Below, piece by piece: positions 13,001 through 25,612 of a stretch of DNA of 64,000 nucleotides. The position numbers and the translations under genes are program-made. The first letter of the stretch is position 1. Every line of letters begins with the position of its first letter. This DNA comes from Phoronis australis (taxonomy: Eukaryota > Animalia > Phoronida), in the NCBI GenBank assembly GCA_002633005.1, contig NMRA01000186.1:124001-188000 (forward strand), written 5' to 3'. The notes beneath the pieces are model-generated. The model was given only the letters and a program-made list of their open reading frames with translations, had not been told where the DNA came from and made no database searches.

Positions 13001-16000
13001 ATCTGGAATGATCACATCGAAGATTATTTTAGTTGATTTTGAATAGGAAAACCTGACAAGCAAAACACAGCTGCAGCAAGTGTGGATGGTCAAACAAAAA
13101 GAGCACACTGCAGTAAACCTATGTGTTCTGTCACACAACTAAACATCATAAAGCCCAGTGCCTTTAGGCACACACCATCAGACACAACTTATAGGTAATC
13201 ACCACCCTTCACCAAGTTCTTTCACCGTTCAATGTTTCAGCCCATAAAACTTTACGTTTTCTCGATCCTTGATGACTGAAAACTTTTTTTAACTCATGCC
13301 TTAAAACGGCATAGTTGGCACACATCATATGACCGCTATATTGAGTCTTTAACTCGAAACTAGTAACACACATACATATTACTTTCTAGTAAACCCAAAA
13401 GTAGAACAGATATGCTAGTACTATTTGCAGTACCTTAAAGCAAATAGGCAGTTCTCTGCAGTCACTGATGGTTATAATAGCAGATTAAGCCTAATTTAAC
13501 TAATAAATGCTCGGTATCTACTAAGAGCTTGACTGTGCGATATACACCGTCCTGCAATCAATAAATGTCTAGGCTGCTATTAGAACTTTGAAGGTATTGT
13601 TGGGATGAAAAACAGAATACACAAGAACCGACATAGCATTGTGCTTTGTACGCAATCTTGAATGTCTGAATCGCATACCTTGTAGGAGTCATCAGGTAAC
13701 ATGCCTAACAGCCAGGTTACAATATGCTGGGGGAACTCGTATTTGACTATCCAGAAGAGCAGCTCCTCTAGAAATGTGCTGTGTTCCAACTCTTCTTCAA
13801 AGCCAGGTTTACCTAGCAGTGCAACATAAAACAAGATGTTCTATCACACCTGGTTGTTGCATGTTATGCCAAGCTAGAGACCACAAAGGGCAAACTGCAC
13901 CTTTGAGGAATTCCAGTATTGAGATACAATCTTTGAAATGGCACCTCACGTGTTAATAATGGGAAAGTGATGACAGAATTTAAAGCCGAAGGCAACTTTT
14001 TTTCATGTCATTATTAGCAAAAATAGGGTTCGTTGATTATCCCAGACATATTTTTCACTTATTTATAGCTTTTCATAATTTAATTAATTACTCGTCGTCT
14101 ACCCCGGAAGCAACGTTTTGGGAGGCAAGAATTTCGCGCCAATTTCTTTTCGTACAGTCTGACAGTGAGAGCAGTCAAGTCAGTCATTGTTCTACCTCGG
14201 TGGTGATAAGTTCGGTCGTCGTGTGCTTTTGTTTATGAGTCAGTCAACATGCCACGCTGTTGCTGCCTACCGAGATGTACTCATTATCGTCTCACGTACA
14301 GAGGAAGAACTGTCCCACTTGCCCGGGTGTACCGCGATACACTCCCAGTGGATGGTGACTTGAGCACCCAAACTGCTTACAAAGTCCCGCTGTGCGACTC
14401 CCTCGTCACACACGTGGCACCTTCTAAATAGCTCCAATACAAGTCTACAATAAACTTATCAAACTTAGGCTAAGCGATCTGTTCATTGGATGACAAACTG
14501 TACTTTTCACTGGGTGTCAAACTGGGCCTGTATTCAATCCCACTACTCAACATCGCTGCAGGGCTGCTTACAGGCTCTGGGCTAGAGACAACAGCACACG
14601 GGGAATCACTGCTAGTTCCTGGAATTGCACGCTATGGGCTACGTTCGGAGGCATGGATGACAGTAGATGAAGTGCCTCCAGTCACTGCTTATAGTGGCCA
14701 CAGCTCGCGAGGCTTCTAGCTTCAAAAACGCACTTATCGGGGGTTGCAACGGGGCACTGCCAGGAATCAGCAGCGACGGTATGGAACCCTTCTTCAGGCG
14801 TTGTTTCGCAGGGACCTTCATCAATTCAGCGTACATATCTGTCGCAATCTGACAGCTGAAAAAGCTTGCCAATGCTTTGTACGTTGCGTGAGCAGGTATC
14901 ATTGCGTTCTTCACACAAACAAGCTAGCCAAGTACGGCGAAGTGTGTCGTCCTTTGGAAAGCGATGCAAGGTACCCAAAGCGCGTGTGAGACGATAATGA
15001 CTACATCCTGGTACGAAGCAACAGCGTGGCATGTTGACTGACTCTTAAACAAAAACAAATGACGATCGAACATATGACATCCGAGGTAGAACTTTGACTA
15101 ACTTGACAGTTCTCACAGTCCCGACTGTATGAAAAGAAATTCTTGCCTCCCAAAACGTCACTTCCGGAGTAGAGGACGAGAAATTAATTAAATTACGAAA
15201 AGCTGCAATTAAGTGAAAAATATGTCTGGGATAATCAGCAGACCTTATTTTTGCTAAGACTGACATGAAAAAAGGTTGCCTTCGCCTTTAAGAAAAAGTC
15301 TGCAAAACAGAAAGGTCGACACGTTACTTAGGGCTTCTACAGGCCCATTGACAGACATTATGTGCTTTAATTTCACTGTTCATAATCAGCAAGTCTACCA
15401 GCCTTATTGAGTAGTTTTACAAGACTGTTAAATGTTTTTCTTAGCTATGGCAGTTTTCACTAAACTGCTTTTATTCCAAAGCATTCTTTTCATATGCTTT
15501 AAAAGAAACACCAACCAACATGGTGATCTCACACGTTATAAATGTAAATAATACCCAAAATCAGTGAATAAATGAATTGCATACTTTAGTCATGCAAAAC
15601 CCTTAATGTAAGGGTCTTACATTAAACAAATGGTTCATTCAATAAACATTAGAAACAAAGAACAATGTTTCACGTAAAAACAACGGTTTATGCCCTACAA
15701 TCACCACAAGAAATTTCTCGCGTCCTTTGCCTGGATAAACTCGTACTCCTCCAATAAGACAACAAAGCAAAGTGAAGTAAACTGCAGCAGACAAGTTTTA
15801 TGCACAGATTTGTCAACACCAAAAACAAACACATAGTCATGTGAATATGTGTATTCACATAGTCATGTGAATATGTGTATTCACATAGTCATGTGAATAT
15901 GTGTATTCACATAGTCATGTGAATATGTGTATTCACATAGTCATGTGAATATGTGTATTCACATGAAAATACATTTTGGATCCCACAGTCACAACATAGT

Positions 16001-19000
16001 CAAAGACATTGAGCTGTTTAACTCAGTCACTGGCAGAATTGTGACAGTTCAAAACATCACCTCACCAAATCTAGTTCAGGGTAGACAATATTCATCAATA
16101 CCAACATTGTTTTGTTACAAACATTATTCTCTCCACTACTGATAAATTTAATATTTTCTCATGCACCAGATTTCTGTTCCTTGGAACACATTTCCTTCCT
16201 CTCGCACCAAAATCTCACACTCTAACAGGAGTCACAGCCAAATATTACTTGACACACCGGTCTGTATACAACTGGATGCAACTGCAATTCATGGGAAGCA
16301 AACAAAATTACAGTACAGGAGAAAAGAAATTAATACAGTAGTGAGGAAAGAATTATATTCATAACAAAAGAATAGACGAGTAAACAACAATGCCCCAAGT
16401 GTAAATTAGGGAAAAGTATTAGCTCCCCTGCAGTTTCAGCTGCTGAATACAACTGTGACATTCTCAGATGTTCGGTTGACGTACCTTTCATATACTCAGG
16501 TATGGGAGGACAGTCGAGAGTTTTGACCGCCTTCAGGTAGTTGGCCCGGCTCTGGGCTTCCTTCTCATTAGAGCCAGGTCGATCTCCTGAAGAATAAGGA
16601 TTAAACTTTAACAACAGCAAAATGCAGCAGTGCAAAACAAGGAAGAACTTTCCTATGACGAGATGTTTTTGAAAATCCACATAATTTCACTGATTATGAT
16701 AGCCACACACAATTCGGCAACTGTCATGCATCCTATTTCCATGTGTTGCCATGGTTGCACAGCACAACTTGCCAGCACACAGAGCTGCCCTCTACCTGTA
16801 ATCAGATTCATGAGATCTGCAGAATTACCACATGACTAGTTTACGTCTAAAAATAGCTATATCGAGAATGTGTGCAAGAGCATATCCTGCAAGAGTGTGA
16901 GTTATAGAGCCCAGGCCACCAATCAAATCATGCGGCTTCGACCACACATGGCAAACACTATCCAATAACAATGAAATTTTGATGCCGTGTAGCACAAACT
17001 TATGCACCGCTCATGATGTGGCAACTATTGTGCGACAAGTACGCACTACCGATGCTTCATCATGGGTGGCAACCATTAGTACCGGGAGGATCATGCAACA
17101 AAGATATAGACTTGAAATCTGATTTAAATAATTTGGTCCGATTCTAAGTGTATTTGACGTTACAAGTGGTTCTCTGAAACCTGTTTCACCACAACTTTTG
17201 CCAGTTGACCACATGCAGTTACTGGAGACTGTGCCCTCAGCCAAAAGGCAGGAAAACGAAAAGGGCAACTAAGGACAAGAAGACTATTGTCCAACACCTA
17301 TTCTGGAATAGACTACACACGGTTTACTGAAAAAGTAAAAAATGCGCTTTTCTTTTTGAAATTTTTTACCGTTCCCCAAAGACAAAATTTGCAGAAGTCG
17401 CACCTGGGCTAGTGAACAGACACACACCCATACTGTAGCAGTCGTACCTGTGAGCATCTTGTAGCACTCGGAGTTAGTAAGCGCCTTGGTGACAACCCCC
17501 CTCATGGCAGCACCCATGTCACTGAGACTGTGGAGGAACCTCATGTACAGTTCAGAGTCTTGCATTGCTACTACGTATGCGTTCAACATGTCTGAAAACG
17601 CAGAATATTATTAGGTGGCTATAAACCCAAATTCCATCCAAGAAAAAAACTTATGATTTTGACAACTTTCCGTTATAAAACTGTCTTTCCTTGTTTCTAA
17701 CTCTGATAAGAAGTGGTTTCTGGATTTGCAAAGTACTGGTAGTGCGTTAATCCTCGAGACCGTGTTCGGACCCTAAAATTACACGCCAAGACAATGCAAC
17801 TTGTGAACTCTGATCAGAAGCAATAACCAACTGTCAGTACGTTTTGAAGTCCTGATATCATATTCAATTTGACTAAGGAATAATTTGCAACCAAGTTCAT
17901 AACAACAAGTGGTTCAAATCAAGACTTTTTCATGGTGGGAATCGGGTTTGTACTAGGCACATCAAGTAATTACTATAAGTTGATAATGTAAAAACAACAA
18001 CAACACTGTGTCATAGATGAGGCGGCCTTAGGCACGTGACTGCAAGAACAATGCTGCGTTTTTCCTAACAAGAGCAACGTAGAGCGTTGAAATGCGCCCA
18101 CGAATGTATCGCAAATAGTGTGCTTTTAGGGTTATTTATTTGTATCATAAAAATGGCCACTAGATGGCACAAAAACGTACAATCCATCCAAAAACGGGAA
18201 CATGCCATATTTCATAAAAATCTGTCAAGGAACTTCAGAGAAACAAAGGAAAACAGAACAAAATGAAATTGCAACTTGTGGGCACAGCGTCCGTTCCATC
18301 CGCATGAAAGTTGTGGTCTGTTACCTTCATATATATCTATTTACTAAATTTAATGAAGATCTTGCAGTGGATTTTGGAGATACAGCTATGGGCGCAAAAC
18401 AAAACGAAACTACCACTAGGAGGTGCCACAGTAGTCAGTCACCATCATCAAACGTCCTCTTCACACTGAAAACATATATGCCAATTTTGAAAATCATCCC
18501 TAGAATGATTTGGTTGATCGAGGGGGGACACCAAAAACAAGATTTTACTTTGAAAACAGCAAAAATGGCTACCTCAATTCCATCCAAAAACAGGAAGATA
18601 CCGTCATCTCACCAATAGATGCCTATATTCAAAATTTTATGAAAATCTGTTGGGGACCTTTGAAGCTACAGACTGGTAAACGTAAAAAACAAAAATTGCC
18701 ACTAGGGGGCACACCAGAAGTCAGATCCGTCCGAAAGTCATCGTTGTCCATTGTCAACATCATATAATACGCTAGCTAAATTAAGTAAAGATCCTGCAAA
18801 CGGTTTAAAAGATACAGCCAAGAGCACAAAAAAACAAAACTGCCACTAGGATGCGCCACAGTAGTCGAACTCGTGGGAAAATCGTCATCAGCCGTCCACT
18901 TCATAGTAAAAACATACAGGCAAATTTTCACAATTATCCCGAAAGCGGTTTGGTTGATAGACGAGTGGACACCAAAAACTGACTAAAAAACAGTAAAAAT

Positions 19001-22000
19001 GGCCACTAGGTGGCGCAAACTAGGTCGAATCCATCTGAAAACGGAGAGATAACATCACCTCATTAACAGATGCCTGTATGCCAAATTTTATGAAAATACG
19101 TTGAGGACCTTTGAACATAGAGAGGTAAATGTAAAAAAATAAAATTGCCACTAGGTGGCACACCAGTAGTCATATCTGTCTGAAAGTCGTCGTCCTCCGT
19201 TGTTAACATCATATAAATATATTTACTAAATTTAGTAAAGATCCTGTGAACAGTTTAGGGGATATAGCCATAGGCACAAAAAAAACGCCACTAGGAGGCA
19301 CCACAGTAGTCGAAGTCGGAAAATCATCGTCAGCCGTCCACTTTATAGTAAGAACATACATGCCAATTTTCCTAATCATCCTTTGAGCGGTTTGGTTGAT
19401 AGAGGGGTGGACTCGAAAACAGTAAAAATGGCCACTAGGTGGTGCAAACTACGTCAAATCCATCTGAAAACGTGAGGATAGCGTCATCCCACTAATAGGT
19501 GTCTATATACCAAATTTTATGAAAATCCGTTCAGGACTTTTGAAGATACAAGGGTAAACATAAAAAACTAAAATTGCCACTAGGGGCACACCGGTAGTCG
19601 GATCCGTCCGAAAGTTTGCTCATGCTGTCCCGTCCACGGAAGGAACACATGTGCACAATTTCATAACATACGTGAAGGCGTTTTGGAGATAGAGCAGCGG
19701 ACGCCAGCCGGACGCCGGACGGACATGACGGCATAATGCGTCCACAAATACATATGTGGGCGTATAAAAATGAAACACTGAAATACTACACATTCAACTG
19801 CAGTCTACATTGACACTTAAAGGGGAAAGCAATCATTCTTGATATTACCTAGTAAACATACAGATCATGGTCATCTTATGCAGATGTTTTCTGTATTAAT
19901 TACTAAGCCGTTCTCTTAGCAAGTCTTGTAGAAAGTGAAGGAAATGGCTCACGTCATGCTTCTCCGATTAATTTTAATCAGGAAACATAATGTCCAACAC
20001 CCCACTAAACGGCCTTTGGGGGTCGTTTGAGTTTGCTCAGTGGAAGTGAACACAGAACCATGCTGCTGACCGTTTGCTCAGTCATTTACGTCACTATCTG
20101 TTTTACAGAACAGTAATTTTGACACTGTAGTCACTTGTGGGTCCTGCATTTTGAGAACCAGTTTTGTCCACTAAATAATGGGAATCGCACTGGATCTCAA
20201 AATCCCTGTAATAGTAACTTTTGCTGCCACATCAACTGTACCTGGATGGCTATGTTCTCTCAAGTGTTGCACCAGCCGTAGCAGTAAGAATGGCAGCATC
20301 AGCTCTGCCACACACAGTAGGTCTGACGGTACTGACTTGACTTGTCCGCGGTGAGGACCATGACGACTGCAGAAACTGTGTTGAAGAAACGCAGGCAAAT
20401 GAGGAGTTGGGATGAACAAGGACAAATCTAATAGACAATTGCACAGGTAGGTAAACTGCCCATGAAGGAGACAATGCAAAATTGTCAAATGGAAGCAATG
20501 ATAAAATAACAAAATACAATAATCAAAGCAATTGGAATTGCAAACAAAAAAAATAAGGAATATTAGATAATTAGCCAATCATTGAAGCACGTGCAGTTCG
20601 AACTTGTTCATTGATTGAGTGAGCACGCAAAATAATGTTTTGACATTTGACGTGCAAGAGAATGTTGACTTATGACCTCCTTCCCACCAGGTCGCCTTGA
20701 CTATGACACCTCCAAGTCATTACTTCTATAGCTCTACAAAACACCTATTTGCCATCTGGACTGAGCATTTCTTGATGGAATAAGGAATTATTAAAGTGTT
20801 TTACAGTAGAACACCTCACATCATCATTTTTGCCTTCTCCATACAGGGCTCAACACTCGTCTAACGGTTGCCCGATTGCCCGTGTACATGAAGATTTTGC
20901 GTCGGGCAAGTGGAATTTGAAAAGTACTTGCCCGATGGGCAAGTTAAAAAGCTAGCCACATAGACAAGTAGATCCTAAGATTGTCTGCTCGACATTTGCT
21001 CCAAAGTAACGAACCCCGACACAAGCCTAAAAACCGTCGAAAAAGTCCCTGTTGCCGTCAAAGAAACTCCCGTCTTCGAATGAGGACCGAAAGGAAAATA
21101 GATCGAGTGTTATGCAGCGTGCACAGATGACACTCGCGGTCATATCCTTTCGATTCTCTGAACGTGCCCTGCAGTTTCTGAATAAGTTGTCACGTGATAC
21201 TACTGATCGTCTGCACTCTGGCAAAACGTCTTAACATGGAAGCCGTCCAGGCCTGGACGGCATTGGTTTAGTTGCTAAAAAACAAGTTCAGGAAGAATCA
21301 AAGCAATAATATGAAACGAAAAAAGTGCGGGGATGGGTTCCGTCATGGGAAATTAGGTTTTCTGGCCTGCGAGACAGTGAACAATGGACGACATTTGATT
21401 TTTGCCGGCGTTTACCCATGTACAGCTGGAAGCACCGCGTTCGTCAGCGGATGTAAGTCATACAGATAAGCGCAAAAGCTAAAAAGTGAAGGATTGACGA
21501 CATATTTTCTACACTACACAGCAGTTTAAAAGGCCTGGTATTTATTCAGGGGGAATTCCAAAGGACATTCTTATGAATTCCCGGCTCCCGGTGGCGACTC
21601 CCGAAAGAAGAGGAATACGATACGGTCTTCGGGATTGCCGTTCTGAAGTCTGAAGGGTGACTTTTTCGCGGTCTATCTGTTTTTCAAAAATGTAATTATT
21701 TATTGAAAATAAAAGTATATGTGGCATTATTATATGTTTAAATTTGATTTTAATTTAATACAAGGTACCGATGACCAAAACTGTGCAAGATTTTTACGGA
21801 TAGCAAAAATTGAAATTCAGGTTAGCAACAACTCAAGTTTAATGCATAAGGGCGTATAAACTAATGAATACGCAGAAGTGTCGAGAGTTCATGCCCTAGC
21901 TCATTTCGGCGCCTGTGAATGTGTGACAATGGTTCAGATACCATAGTTACTCTTCTAATTTGTCTCTCTAGTGTTTTGACACACCTTATAAATAAATGTT

Positions 22001-25000
22001 CTATAAGAAGAATCGTTAAAAAAATAGTAACTCATGTATGTAGCGTGCACAACACAAGAGGAGGCTCAGCACAAACAGCCCTACGGTAACACATTACCTA
22101 GGTGTGCACATGCGCGGTGCTATTTGGGATTGTACTTGGGGCAAGTGAATTCGTTGTTCGGGCAAGTAAAAATTTCAACTACTTGCCCGAAGGGCAAGTG
22201 GCTTCAAAAGTTAATGTTGAGCCCTGCCATATATGACTATAAACGTGACATTTGCACAGCCAATTTGAAAGAGAATACGACCTGTGAATGACATAAAAAT
22301 GTCAGCATTTTAAACTTATGACACAACTTTCAAGTCAAATCAACTAGCAACACAGTCGCTGAGTCGATAAAGCTTCAACCTACCCAGCTTCATTCATGAC
22401 GCTGACATCACCACAGTCACAAGCGCCCCCTGCCTGGCTACGAAACATGTTGAAGTCATGACCTTCATGATTACCAGCCAAGAAACAGTCAGCGCATAAT
22501 GACATGCAAGGTGAAATGCCACAGGTGCGACACCTGTAGGCGACAAAGTTGGCTGTCCACACCAAGCCACATGTTGTAGCACTGTCATAAACACGGACTG
22601 TAATAGAAGAAACACATCATTATAAATGAATAGCCCACTAGTAGGTTTCCACAAGTGTATCATTACATTCTTACATAAAGTGTATGTATACAAGCAGTCA
22701 CATAATATTTATGTTTAGTTTCAATGTATGTTTGGTACCTGATAAAACCAGATCAATAAACATCCCTAAACACTTAGATGGCACAGAATACATCGGACCT
22801 CTCCGAAAATGGGAAGGCGTCTATAGGGAACAATTTCTTACATTTCATGAAAATTCGTCAAAGAACCTCAAAGACTATAGAGGTCAATATGAAAAACCAA
22901 ATTGCCATTAGGAGGTAAAGCAGTAGACCCAACCCGATCATCTGCTGTCAAGTTAATAGGGAATTTGCTTGCCAAACTTCCAGATCTTGCAAGGGGGTTT
23001 AGGAGACAGCCACAGATGCTAAAAACAACACTAGGGGACACCTCAGTAGTTGGACCCACCTGAAAATGTACGTCAGTCATGCTTGTCAGCAGAGACAAAT
23101 CTGCCAATTTTTATAAAGATCCTCTGAGTGGTTTGGAGTACACGGTGGCAGGCGATTCAAGAATAACAAAAATGACCAATAGGCTCCACATGATACGTTG
23201 AATCCATCTCAAAATAAAACAGCATCATTGCCTCCTTAATAGATACCCAAAAAATGACTTGAACATTTTTGAAACACCCATTGAGTGGCGCAGAATACAT
23301 CAAACCTGTCAAAAAATCCACAAAATAACGCAATTCGCTATAAACTATGAGTGCTGTTCACTTTTTCCAACTGAATACTGAAGTGGTAACGGCTTGCTAC
23401 TGCACAATTTCATGATTTTTAATACACGATATTCGAAACAAAGTGAAGTTTATCAGTAATTTTTACTGTTGCAGCTTTTTCTGTAAGTATTCACATTAAT
23501 GGCATTCACAATTCTTGGTTTAGGCTTAAGAGGTATCCAAAGAGTCAATAAGCTAATGAGAAAGCCAGATTAAGACATACAATTTGCCAAATAGCTTCCT
23601 GCATACAAGGAGTATTAGATGTAGTAGTTGGCACATCTAGCACTGCAGTAATGCCACAAAGTTGTGTACAGCAGTGGAGAATCTGATGAAAGGCTTCTCC
23701 TAATTCCATTGGACTGGAAGGAGTGTAGGAGTGTAGAGAATCTGCATTGACACTCTCAGCTATTAGGTGTGTTTAGTGCACTTGGCTTTATGGCATTCAC
23801 ATTTTGGTCAACTGGCTTAGTTATTGATCCAGGCGTCATGGATTCGATTGCCAGGACTAGAAGGAATATTTAGATATATATTTATACATGCATGACATGT
23901 TCATACATATATTCATATGATGTCAGATCTCCTGGCACAAGCAGAGTAAAAATGGCCAACTTGGGCACACTGAACGAAAAAAGTTTAATTACAAGTCTTT
24001 TGTTCGAGTTGGATAGAATTGAAGACAGTGATGGCCTCCAAAGGTGTTTCTCTATGCGCAAAAGATACTTATAGTAATGTGACTTTGACGGTTTAATCAG
24101 TGCAAGTCATAATTCGCCAAAAAGCTTCCGGCGTATGAAGGTCTCTACAGCTAAGTAGAGACGAAAGGGCAATAGTCGGATATGTGGGTTCTTGATTTAA
24201 AATAGATTTGAGAACAAGTTACCACTGAATAACGGGCGACCCGTGTATCTGACTATTACCGACAGGAAAAGGGAGTGAGAGCGCTCTTCTGGCACCTGTT
24301 TCCCTCATCACAGTAACATGTGCAACAAAGTCAAAACAGACGTCAGCTTTCAGCCAACCTCAGCAAAAATGGCGAGTGTCATAATGAGGTGAATGTGCAG
24401 TGCGTGTAGTAGCCTACTTATTTGCTCGCATACGGGCAATTGCTCTTGGGTCGACTAGTGGACTGTCTGGCATTGAAGCAATTGGTACCAGGTTCGAAGC
24501 TTGGACTAGCAATATGATTTTTCACCACATTGGCGCCCAACAATGGTGCATACTCACGATGGCAGAAAGGGACCGCGTAAAAATGGAGTAAATGCCAGTA
24601 AACGGTCCCTCTTCAAATGGCTGCAGTGAAACTGGTTCCCGGTAGTCATTTTGAAGAGCGACCTATATACTCCACGTTTACCAGGGACCACACAGCCTCC
24701 TGACTTTGATAGTGACATAATGGATGAGAAGGCAGATGTAGAGGGTGCCGATCTGATGTTGAGTTCCTGGTGCGTGACCCCTAACCAGGCATCTGGTGTC
24801 GTGGTGAATCTGCACTGCAGTGAGTGTAGTAATATAAAAGCCTCTCTTAATCACTTGCCAACGGGCAATTGCTCTTTGGTCGACTGGTTAGGACGCTTGG
24901 CATTGAAAAAAGAAGTACCGGGTTCAAAACTTGGACAAGGGGATTTTTCACAACAATCACTATCACCACACGCAAACCCTGGCAAACCTGTTTTGGAAAA

Positions 25001-25198
25001 TTCGTCGTAAGTCATTCCTCCAGAAATAATCCATTTGCACCAGTCAATAGCTTCAAAATTGTCAATGGGATTTAGAGGATTCAATATATGCTCTATAAGT
25101 TCACACAACTGCTGCCGATCACTATCTCGGCTGCATTCACCCTTAACATAGAGGGCCAGTTCTCGTTTCCCCCTTTTCATTAATACGTGGGTTGCCAT
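2365..25198 (-). CDS. UBR3: E3 ubiquitin ligase UBR3, N-terminal 577 codons (gene continues beyond base 1). Exons: 25198-24988, 22597-22384, 20375-20242, 17591-17448, 16586-16485, 13812-13679, 13002-12774, 8065-7886, 6921-6788, 5570-5481, 2523-2365
   Basis: UBR-box [30 protein letters not shown]...[18 protein letters not shown] matches UBR3 as I recall it. Further UBR3-like blocks: [73 protein letters not shown]. All introns are GT-AG with consistent phases; exon lengths sum to 1731 nt. Confidence 0.95.
3130..5059 (-). mobile_element. Decayed DNA transposon with ~150-bp TIRs and an Academ-type XPG/FEN1-like nuclease relic
   Basis: 3130-3290 is an inverted copy of about 4915-5059. Minus strand 4760-4150 gives frameshifted [50 protein letters not shown]. 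Confidence 0.65.
3547..3650. repeat. 20-bp minisatellite (aaaatacaatagatgacatg) x5
   Basis: Directly visible tandem units. Confidence 0.9.
6240..6546 (-). mobile_element. tRNA(Leu)-derived SINE-like element with a decayed hammerhead-like motif
   Basis: Minus strand: TGGTGTAGTGGTTAAGGTGCTGGATTCAAAT (A box), long variable region, GGGTTCAAATCC (B box); then cCTGACGAtggcc..gacca..AAAAC. Confidence 0.5.
6997..7050. repeat. (CA)n microsatellite
   Basis: About 27 CA units. Confidence 0.98.
8769..9140. mobile_element. MITE with ~28-bp TIRs (PIF/Harbinger-like)
   Basis: ctaatctttgtactcgaaatcaaatt versus aatttgatttcaagtacaaaggttag. Confidence 0.6.
10305..11821 (+). CDS. Secreted coiled-coil + C-type lectin domain protein (perlucin/collectin-like), 273 aa; exons 10305-11007 and 11703-11821; nested antisense in a UBR3 intron
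   Basis: Signal-peptide-like [20 protein letters not shown]; heptad-rich neck; [43 protein letters not shown]; phase-1 GT-AG intron; exon 2 DCLAL..W..LC...YICE; AATAAA at 12031. Confidence 0.9.
13984..15287. mobile_element. Non-autonomous Kolobok-like foldback transposon: TTAA TSD, ~310-bp TIRs, decayed THAP ORF
   Basis: TTAA|agccgaaggcaac...gttgccttcgcct|TTAA. Minus ORF from 15032: [26 protein letters not shown], then frameshifted LKKGSIPSL (THAP hallmarks). Mirror ORF start [12 protein letters not shown] at 14249 on +. Confidence 0.85.
15830..15964. repeat. 26-bp minisatellite x5 with internal palindrome
   Basis: (cacatagtcatgtgaatatgtgtatt)5; atgtgaata/tattcacat forms a 9-bp stem. Confidence 0.95.
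18067..19770 (-). mobile_element. Helentron-associated non-autonomous element (HINE/DINE-1-like) with internal tandem array
   Basis: Minus strand starts TTTTTATACGCCCAC with a stem-loop, then a (GTCC)-like microsatellite, internal ~430-bp repeats containing gccactagg, a subterminal gcgcccac copy, a terminal hairpin caacg-tagag-cgttg, and ends ctcttgtt. Confidence 0.75.
20844..22226. mobile_element. Non-autonomous hAT-like element with 5-bp TSD (hAT5-like)
   Basis: CCATA|cagggctcaaca...tgttgagccctg|CCATA; gggcaagt subterminal repeats at both ends. Confidence 0.85.
22720..23300. repeat. Degenerate fragment related to the 18067-19770 HINE internal repeat
   Basis: Shares gccattagg/ccaattttt..aaagatcct/gaatccatct motifs. 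Confidence 0.4.
24432..24955 (+). repeat. Two diverged tRNA-like repeat heads (24432-24529 and 24861-24955)
   Basis: acgggcaattgctctt..ggtcgact..tggcattgaa..gtacc.ggttc.aa.cttggac..gatttttcac.aca occurs twice, with a B-box-like GGTTCRAA. Confidence 0.45.
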
Positions 25199-25612
25199 TT
25201 TGGAATTTACATGTCAACCGGTCATATTGACTAATAATATAATGAAATAAATAACAGCTAAAATATTACTGTTTCAGAGACATGGTTTATCTTTTTCTAC
25301 ACTTGTTTTAAGTAAAGTGTTTCACTAACAGTTATTTTTCTTTATAGGCATGTATTTATTTAGAAAACCTGCCGTCTTGCTCATCACTCCTTTTGTTGAT
25401 TTTGGAACTTACCATAGACATGTCTATATGGTGGAAACCAATGAGCTATTTTAGCTCATGTAATTGGTGTCGGGAAATGTTCAGTATATAAGTTTCTTCT
25501 CAGTGCTGGCTTCCGAATCAGCCGAGCACCAACGTACCAAAATATCTCACATGGGTCAAACTACTGGCAGCCGCCTCACTGAGTTGCAATTGCGTCATTT
25601 TACTGAGTACAC

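Noticed and set aside
15830-15964. Palindromic 26-bp repeats resembling a CRISPR array
   Set aside because: Units are contiguous and identical with no variable spacers; eukaryotic intron; no cas genes.
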